A DNA stretch of 64,000 nt from the human T2T-CHM13v2.0 reference genome, Homo sapiens, in the NCBI RefSeq assembly GCF_009914755.1, contig NC_060927.1; one strand, written 5' to 3'. Under the pieces are notes generated by a model. The model searched no databases, had not been told where the DNA came from, and saw only the letters and a program-made list of their open reading frames with translations. Positions 54,505-64,000 of this stretch are shown piece after piece. Made by a program: the position numbers and the translations under genes. Within the stretch, counting starts at the first letter, position 1. Each line of letters begins with the position of its first letter.

Positions 54505-54923
54505 TATTATGGACTGAATTGTTTCCTCCCAAAATTCGTATGTTGAAGCCCTAACCCACAATGTGACTATATTTGGAGACAGAGCCTTTAGGAAGGTAAT
54601 TAAGGTTAAATGAGGTCCTAGTCCTCCTTTAACTAGGGTAGGATGGGGCCTTAGTCTAATAGGACTGGTGTCCTTATTAGAAGAGGAAGAGAAACCAGAG
54701 CCCTCTCTCTCCCTTTCCTGGCGTGTGTAAAGAGGAAAAGCCACGTGAGGACACAGCAGGAAGGTGGCTGTCTGCAAGCCAGGAAGAGAGCCCTAGCCAG
54801 AAACTGAAGTTGTGGGAACCCTGACCATGGACTTCTATCCTCCAGAACTGAGAGAAAATAAGTGTCTGTTGTTTAAGCCACGCAGTGTGTGGTATTTTGT
54901 TATGACAGTCCTAGTAAACATAC
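54505..54923 (+). mobile_element. MLT1A/B-like solo LTR
   Basis: tattatggactgaattgt...gtggtattttgttatgacag. Confidence 0.8.
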
Positions 54924-55356
54924 AAACAAAGCGCATTTCAATGATACGCTCTTTTAAAAGGACAATTTTTAATAGGGCAAATCCATAATAATGTGACCTT
55001 TTTTTTTTCATGGGGAGGGAAGGGAGACAAATTCAGAAAGTCCCCTGAATCATGCTGGAGTTCCTGGAACTGCCAGTATTTTCTAGAAGTCACAAAGAAA
55101 AAGACTGACAAATGTGAATATATAACAATCTTTAGCTTTGGCTCCCAAGAGACCCCATAAACAAAAGGTCATCAGCATGAGAAAATTATTTGCAACAACA
55201 ATAACAAAAATAAAGGCTAAGCTTAATATTTTTATATATAAAAAGCTTTTATAGTTAAAAATACTGAAACACCATTAGAAACAAAGGACATAAAGCAATT
55301 AATTAATTCTCTTTATCTTTCCATGGCCAGTAAACATTGAAAAAAATTGCAGTTTC

Positions 55357-55627
<271 letters not shown>

Positions 55628-56889
55628 TCAACTTCTTTTTTATTTAGCAAGGTGACAAATTTTGAAAAGAAAATTTTCACTGCTGGTAAAGGTATGGTGA
55701 TATGCAAAAGTTTACAGTGCTTAAGGGAATTTTAACTGTACAATCTTTATAGAAAGCAATTTAACAATGTTGCAGGAGCTTGCCACAAAAAGTCCACCCT
55801 CTTTCACCCAGAAATCTTACCTTTCTTGTCTATCATGAGGTAATAACCTCCAATGCCATCAAATACCCATCTACAAGCATTACTTATAAAATTACTTAAA
55901 AACTTAATCTAAATGTTCAACAATCCAAATATTTAACCATAGAAAAATAGTTAAATTTGGAGATTTCTATAAAATACTAGCCTGTCCCTAAAAATATTAT
56001 GGGAATTTAATGATTTGGAAAAATGCTTTAGATACAATATTATGGAGAAAAAACTAGGATATAAAACTGCCACATGAGCTCAATATGGATTTTTATGTTA
56101 AAATGGTTTAGACAAACTTTAAGGAAATACACAAAATGCTAGCAGCAGTTATAAGTGGTAGAATTACATATAATTTGAGTTTTCTTTTATATCCTTTTCT
56201 GTGAGGTTATTAACAAGTTAATACAGGTATAACGCAAGTAAATGGACAACACAAATGACAAAGAATTTCCTTTTTCTCTCCTCTACAAGGCTCTTGAAGG
56301 CCTAACTAGAATCAAAGAGTTTTTTAAAACTATGGGGAGATGATTTTAGTGTAATCTAAATAGAAAAACTTCCCTTAGAGGAGTCTAAAAATGGCATATA
56401 GGGCCTCAGAAGGGTGAGTGACATGTTACTGGAGTTCAAGTGCACTGAATAACCTTCCAGCCATTCATTATGACACCTACTGGGAATCTATTATGTGCCA
56501 AGTAGTCCTGTAGTCACTAGAGATCTCACAAGCAGCAAGATAAAGTCCCTGCCTACATGAAGCTTACCTTGCAGTGGAGGAGGAAGACAATAACATCATG
56601 TCAGAGGTGATACATGCTAGAAAAATACTAAGTGGGCCAAGGGGAGAGTGTGAAGGTGGACACAGTGGTGGTGGCTATTTTTGAAAGAGGCATCAGGGTA
56701 GGGCTCCCCACTTCGAGTGAACTAAGCAAGCAAGGAAGATGGATCTGCAGGGTTTGAGAGTTCCAGGAGGAAGGGACAGCCAGCCTGACATGCAGAGTGA
56801 ACGAAGGACAGCCAAGGACCAGGTGAGCAGCAGAATCAGGAGAGAAGGTGGTTAAGACTAAATTGACTGGTGGGGAGGCCAGCCACTTA

Positions 56890-57222
56890 GGGCTCTGTTC
56901 ATCTGACTTGCTTGGCCAATGGGATATTAGCAGGTGTAATGCAAGCAGAGACATAAAAAGCACGTGTGTGGTTGAACTTGGCCTCTTGTGTCTTGGCCAT
57001 TACATTGAGAGGGCATGCCCCAGTTAGCCAGTTGGTTCTAGGGAGATGAAGGACAAATGGAGCAGAGCTGCCGCAGTGGAGCCCAGCTGAGACCAGTTCT
57101 GCCTCAACAGAGCTGCTCCAGCCAACCCCAAAATCTGCCAGAGTAAATTGTTACCATTGTAAGCCAATGAGTTCTGAAGTGGTTTGTTACACAGAATTAT
57201 TGGAGCAATAGCTGACTGACAC
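56890..57222 (+). mobile_element. Old MLT1 LTR fragment
   Basis: gacttgcttggccaatggg...taagccaatgagttctgaagtggtttgttac...gctgactgacaca. Confidence 0.6.
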
Positions 57223-59009
57223 AATGCACAACCTAGACCTAAAAACAAGACCACTGTACTTTGCTTAGCTTGGGTCCTCATTCCAGAATAATAGGAAGGC
57301 CTAACCGGTTCAACAAACCATGGCTGTAAGGTAATAAGCACAGCAGCCTTATCCTGATATTATCCCAACATAAGATAGTTCTCCATTTCAAGTAAGAGCC
57401 CTATGGGTAAACCAATAACACACTCCAACTTCTTGTTTCCTATCCTGAGAGTCTGTTATCAAACAGCCTTGGCAGATGCTAAGCTTGCCTCTCTCATCTG
57501 CTTTGCTGAAATGTTCCTCCCAAGTGCTTATTCCATGGCCTCCTAAGAGACATGTTTCATAGGTTATCAGGGAAAAACAGCTGCTCTGCAGCTAAATCAC
57601 ATCACAAGTATTTTGGGGTCCAAGGTGAGTATGGACCATAGTCCAGCTTACTTTTTAAGTCCTGGGTAACACTCCAGGAGTCCATCTGGAGCCCCTATCA
57701 CAATAGGGATGCCCTAAGAGACCCCTTTGAGTAAAGCCCTCCCAAATCCTGACCTGGGCATGCTTGAGACCAGAAGACACTCAATGATTCCATCAGGATT
57801 GTATCAACACAGCACACATTTCCTCAAGACTACTACAAAAATAAGTTATATCAAATTTCCAAAGCCTCTACATACAGATCTTCTCAATGGAAAACCTCTA
57901 AGCCCTTTAAAAGTGCCTGCCATGTGCTTTCAGTACTTAAGTGCTTAATTCAACATAAATTATATGATGGTGTTTAGCCTGCCCATGGCGAGCATGGCAG
58001 AGCCGAGGTCCAGAAGAGGGAAGGGGACACTCACAGCCCATCCAGACTTTTTCTCCATCCCCTGCTGGGCTTCCTCTCCTTCCTCCTGAGTCACAGGCCT
58101 GGGAAGGGGGCTGTGTAGTCCGCAGGGAAAGCTACGGCTAGCTTGAGGGCATGAAGGAGGAACATACCCAGATCCTTATTCACCACCCACCTCATCCACT
58201 GCCTGCCTCCCAGCCTCCCCACCTCAGCCTAATGCTCCAGTATTCTGAATCCAGAGCACTGATTCACCTACTTAACCATGAGGCTGAAGTTCAGAATGGC
58301 TATCAAAATCTGGTTATCTGTAACAGCAAAAAAGTCAATGAACCAGAGAGCAGACAGCTGGGCTTTTAAAGAGTCGCTTGTTTTGACGGCCTTGTCCACT
58401 CCTTGTCTCCTCATTACCTTCATGGCTCAGCCTCACTATAATGTGCACTGAATTGGGTATAAATAGGTCTATCTTAGAGTGAAGGCTCCAATGTAAAAAG
58501 GTTAAACTGCCCTCCGTCTATGGAAAACATTCCATTATCACTGCATTTTTTATTAAAGCGAAGATGCTTCCCTACTGTGCACAAAAAGCTATTTTCCCTC
58601 GTACTGTATAAATATTTGATGCTGGTCTTTTGGCAAAAGGCCACCTTAATATTCCAAGCTTATGATTTACAAGAAGGATGTGGGAAAAGGAGATTTGCCA
58701 TATTATTTCAAGAGGTAAATTCTGTGAGGCAACCACTCTTCTGCAGCCTCTGAGACATTAAGACTGTCTATATCAAGCTAACCTTCAGGCTCAGCCCCAG
58801 GGTGCTGTGCTTCGCCAAAGTCTAGCCTGAATGTGCATGCCATGACAAGCGGTCAATGCATTTGGTCTATTTTTGCAGGGTTAAAGACAAAGTGTTACTG
58901 TTCTCCTTTAAACAAGCTAGACTGGACCAGATTGTCCACCCTGGACTAGCTGGCATAACAGATCCTCTTGGCTCTCTGAGGGCGCCTTCTCTCCATCAGA
59001 GGTCGCACA

Positions 59010-59057
59010 GCACCACCTTGATTCCAGGATTCTTGGCACCACCTTGATTCCAGGATT
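59010..59057. repeat. Exact 22-bp direct repeat, period 26
   Basis: gcaccaccttgattccaggatt at 59010-59031 and 59036-59057. Confidence 0.92.
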
Positions 59058-62000
59058 AGCAATCGCCAACTGCGTAAGCCCAACTGCACATGCAGTCATA
59101 TGACATGTGATCCCATGGCAAATGTAATCACCGCTCAACCAATCCCAGGTAACGGTGCCATGTTGCTTCCCAATCACACTGCAGCTAATTTGCTCTATTA
59201 ACCAAAGAATGAGCAAGGCTGCTGCCTTCTCTTGCTTCTTGAACACTCACTGCTGCTCTGGGCCGGCCTGCCTTCCTACATTCTCAATTTGAGGCAATGA
59301 ATAATCTAGAAAAGATATTACTCCTCTTCAGGTAGAAAAGGGTTAGCTTGCAAGTTGCAGCGCCATTTAACTGACCAGATAGGGAAGAAACATTCTGATT
59401 CAGTGTTAGCTGGATGTGGAAGCACTCTGCCAGATGCAGTTCAAGGCTTTTCATTGAATCCTCCCCAAAATTCTGTAAGAGCTGTCATTCCCTTTTAGTG
59501 GGTAGACAACTGAGTTAAATGATTAGTCCATGTTCATGTGGAGTTCAAGGGCCAAGCCAGATCTGAAATGTGATTTGTTTCATCCTAAAACCTACTCGTT
59601 TTCCACAGTAGACATTGAGCTACTACTATGGTGAAGCAGATCCTGTTTGAGGCACCGGGGGTAGGTGCTAGACAGGCTAGGTTTCTACCCTTGCAGAGCT
59701 GGTGTTTTCTGACCACTGCACCATACTCTCTCTGCCTCGGTGGTTAGGGTGAGATTTCAGTTGGGTCACAATGAGATGGGCTTAGGGCTTCTGTTTGGGG
59801 CCACATCTGTGCAGATGCCATGCTGTCCTATATGGGGCAAAATAAATAAATAAATAAAAATATGCTTGTAAATGGCTAAGTTACGTATATAGCTGTGTAT
59901 TTGACACAATGGAATAGCACACAGCAATGAGAGAAAATGGTCTTCAATTACATGTAAAAATATGAATGAATCCCACAATGACAAGTATATAAAGTCTGTA
60001 CAGTTCAAAACTCATCAACAGTGTTTCAAGTAGGGACTGTGGTTACTCTGGGGGGATAGAAACAGTGTGGGGCACGCAGGGGCTTCTAGGGGCTTGTTAA
60101 GTTCTACGTCTTGATCTCTGTGCTGGTGACATGGGTGTGCTCACCTTGTGAAAAGCCACTGAGCTATATCCTATGATCTGTACAGTTTTTTACGTGTGTG
60201 CTAAACTGCAATAAAAGTTTTTTTAAAGGTGTCCTATGGACACATGAGAAAATGCATTTAATGGCATACGTGCAATTTAGCCCCTACATTATTAAGTGGC
60301 TTCTTTGAAATAGAAGCCCTGCCTGTAACCACTAGGCCAGACATTCCTGGAGGTGGGTGGTGTCCCAAAGGGAGTGGCTATCAGAAACACCTGGTACTAC
60401 TTCATTCTCCCTCTTTACCAGTCCCACCCTAAAACCTGCAGATTCCTGGGGAAACACTCCAATATCAGTGTTTTCCCTCACCACCACTGGCATTATTGAG
60501 CATCATCCAGAACTATCATTAGCCACCTTCTGAATACAGCACTGTGATGTTAAGAAAGTACAAAAAGTAGGACCTGCCTGGGGGGTTGGTTGCGAGTATG
60601 TCTGTATAAAATATATACCCCACATATTTAATATATATTTTATTTAAAACATGTACATGTGTTTTACTTATGTATTTTGCAAATATATGATCATGGAGGA
60701 TATGCTAGGTGTCAAAAAAAGGTGGTATAAATACCCATACAAAGTGATACTTGGATTTAGATGCAGCTGGGGCACCGGAGAAAGTCTCAAGGGAGACCTA
60801 ATCTTTTAAAAAGGTGGCAGCAGAGAGACATCTGGGTGTCATGTGACCCCTATGTGATGCAGTGTGGAGAACACATTGCCTGGAACGTATTCTTGTCATA
60901 ATTCTTAACTTATCAAGGCCTTAGAACTAACTTCCAGGTTACAGGAAATAGAGGCTGGAGATATAAGATCAATGACACCATGAGCCCTGACCAGATGAAA
61001 CCATCATGCAAGGCCATTCTGCAGAATAAGAGGCTAGGTTCCTTTCAAGCAGTCAGGGAAAGAAAAAAGGGCTCTTCTAGGCAAAAAGAGAAGTGAGGAT
61101 ACAGTCACCGCAAACACCGACTGTTACTGGAGTAGATTCTGGTTTGGATAATCAGCTGCAAAGGCCATTTCTGAAACAAAGAGGTGGAGGACTGCCAGGG
61201 TAGGAAAGGGCAAGCACAGGCCAAGGGTATGAGGAACGAGGACAGGAGTGGGCAGGGGTGTGGAGCAGGGAAGGCAGGGCAAAGAGGGTAGTTGGAGGCG
61301 GGGGACAGGACAGAACCAGAGGAATGCTGGGCAAGGCAGGGCAAGAGAGATGGTGGCAGCGGCAGCAGCCTCAGTGGCTGGTGATGGCAGCAGCCATTCT
61401 GTAGGCCCAGAGGCCTTCGTGAAAAATCAGCCTCCTCGCTGGGTCTTCAGGGGTGGGCAGCCTTAGTCTTACCCCAAACTCCTGGCTCCCACCCAACTCC
61501 TCCACAACAGCTGGCTCAGCTCGGGGTCTCTCCTCCTGGTCTTTCCCATCCTCTAGAAATAGAGAAACTGGCCTTCATCTCACTGGCCGACATGTTCCTG
61601 AGTGCCTGGCTGCTCTATATGTGGCCCCTGGACTCATTCTTGCTTCCATTGGGTCCTGCCACCTCCCTAGAGTGACCTTGGAGTCCTCCTCGTCCCACCG
61701 GGAGAGCCGCCAAAGTCCCGCTGGGGGCCACAACTCCTGCCAGCATAGCCACGTCTTTCCTTTTCTATCCCGCCCACCTCATGGTCCTTTTGTCTGCCTA
61801 CCCCCTTCTTTCTTCCTGCCACCTTCTTGCTCTTACTAGCCAGTAACCTTGACAATGACATAATGTCTCTGTGCCTCAGTTTCCACAGCTATAACACAGG
61901 CATAACTACCTACTTCACTGAGGTATTGTGAGGATGAAGTCAATGCTAAGTTTGAATTACTGAGACCAGCACCCACACAAAGCAACCGCTAGGTGTCCAT

Positions 62001-63539
62001 GGTCATCACTATGCCCCTCCTCTGTGCCCTAAGCTTGCCAGAGCCCACGGGCAGAGCCTCCCCCAGCCCAAGACACCGGGTCATTCTAAGGTTTAATGAA
62101 CGACCCAGGGAGAGGAGTCCTGGACACCATGAGCAGGAGCCCAAACTTGAGGACTGTACAAGTCTTTCTATGTCCCAGGGTGGGAGGCATGGGGAGGGGA
62201 GTAATGCCTCGAGAACAGAAGCTCTGGAGTCTGCACTGGGTAATTCAGGCTGAAACATCACCTTGTTTATGGGACACAGTTCTCATGAGCTTTATGACCC
62301 TGTGGAAAATATTTTGGAGTATAAATCTCTATTCAGGAGTCATGACTAGTGCCATTCCAGATGGCAAACAGCTTAAAGATGTGCTTCTAGCTCTGCCAGC
62401 TTTATTTGTAAGGACACTAATTATCTCACTAGAAATAGGTTCCTCTTATGATTATGATTAGCTTGCCATTTTTTTTCTTAATTCTGGGAAAAGATCACAC
62501 ACGTATTTCATCCCTGGCCAACGGAAACCTTGGACTTTTCCAGAGCAGAAACGCCCTAACCCAGGAAGCATTACTCCCAGTCATACTCTCCCTCCCAAAA
62601 GACATATAAAGGGTGAAATGGTGTTCAAAGTCAGAGTGGGTTTCAATTCATTTTGTTCTGAGAATTTTGCAGCCCTCCCTGACATAGAGATGAACAGCTA
62701 TGGTGGCGCTCTAAGATATGGGCTGCATACAGGAAGATGCCTGGGCCCTGTGGAGGACTTCACGGTTGCGCTTGCCAGGGGAAATTTCATGTTCTGTCTT
62801 CAGGGCAGGAAGAATGAATTTAATGTGGTTAAAGCCAAGGGAGGCTATAACAGTATTTCAAACACTCAAGTCAAATCTGAAGAAAAAGCTGCTTAAGTTG
62901 TCTGCATTTCTGGACTCCAGGTTGAAGAGTGGGGTGACGGGAAGTAGAGGAGGCTAACTCAGCCTTGATCACCAAACCATAATGGTAGAGGAACAGCAAA
63001 TGGGTTTGTGAACGTTCCAAGTGTTCTTTCTTGGAGGTCTTAGGGCCCCTGACATGCTCAGGCAGTGGGGTCAAAGAGAAAACCTTCCTTCTGATGCCCT
63101 AGTTTTCCTAAGAGGGGAAGAAATTCCAAGTGGCCACCTGTGTATCCACTATCTCCAGCACCTCTCTGCACACCTTCAACAACTAACCATCAGTTTCCTA
63201 GGGAGGAATGTAAAACTATGCATGGCCACAGATAGCATCTATGGGCACCGAGAGGGGATGAAAGGAGCCACTGTTGCCACAACCCAAGATGGGCAATGTG
63301 GTGTCCCTGCAGGAAACAGGGAGCCAAAGGTTCCTCCCTGGCCTTCTCTGACACTGATATGTCAGGCTGTAAACATCTGTCCCAAGTTGGCCCCAAGCAT
63401 GTACCGCCACTGGTGTTTTATGATGCATCTGAAACCAGACCGTGACAACCCCTGGCTTTGGGGAACTTTGTAAGTACCCACGGAGGGCTTCCTTGTGTAG
63501 AGGGAGGTTACCCACCTTGCCACCAGGGCACAGAAGTAA

Positions 63540-64000
<461 letters not shown>

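Overview
Primate (almost certainly human) genomic DNA with a dense Alu/L1/MaLR/MER repeat background. The only supported protein-coding content is the last four coding exons of RFTN1 (raftlin) on the minus strand: 53113-53228, 21969-22072, 18588-18669 and 12040-12444. All have canonical GT-AG boundaries and consistent phases. A ~1 kb 3'UTR ends at an AATAAA at 11082-11087. From recalled gene order, the first ~1.3 kb is probably the 3'UTR end of the convergent plus-strand gene OXNAD1. Almost all other ORFs in the track are repeat-derived or chance. No prokaryote-type system (CRISPR, operon) is present, and I cannot claim a new biological system. The best leads are: an open, phase-compatible 195-nt candidate cassette exon (45846-46040); an internal strong-Kozak MGNCVS acylation-type start in the last exon; a cluster of miR-200/miR-182 seed sites in the 3'UTR; a near-perfect U1 site just past the poly(A) site; antisense splice signals including a ratchet-type site; an 89-bp-period tandem duplication with identical copies; an 18-bp perfect hairpin; and a MER91-borne CTCF motif. 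Repeat subfamily calls and repeat boundaries are by eye and approximate.
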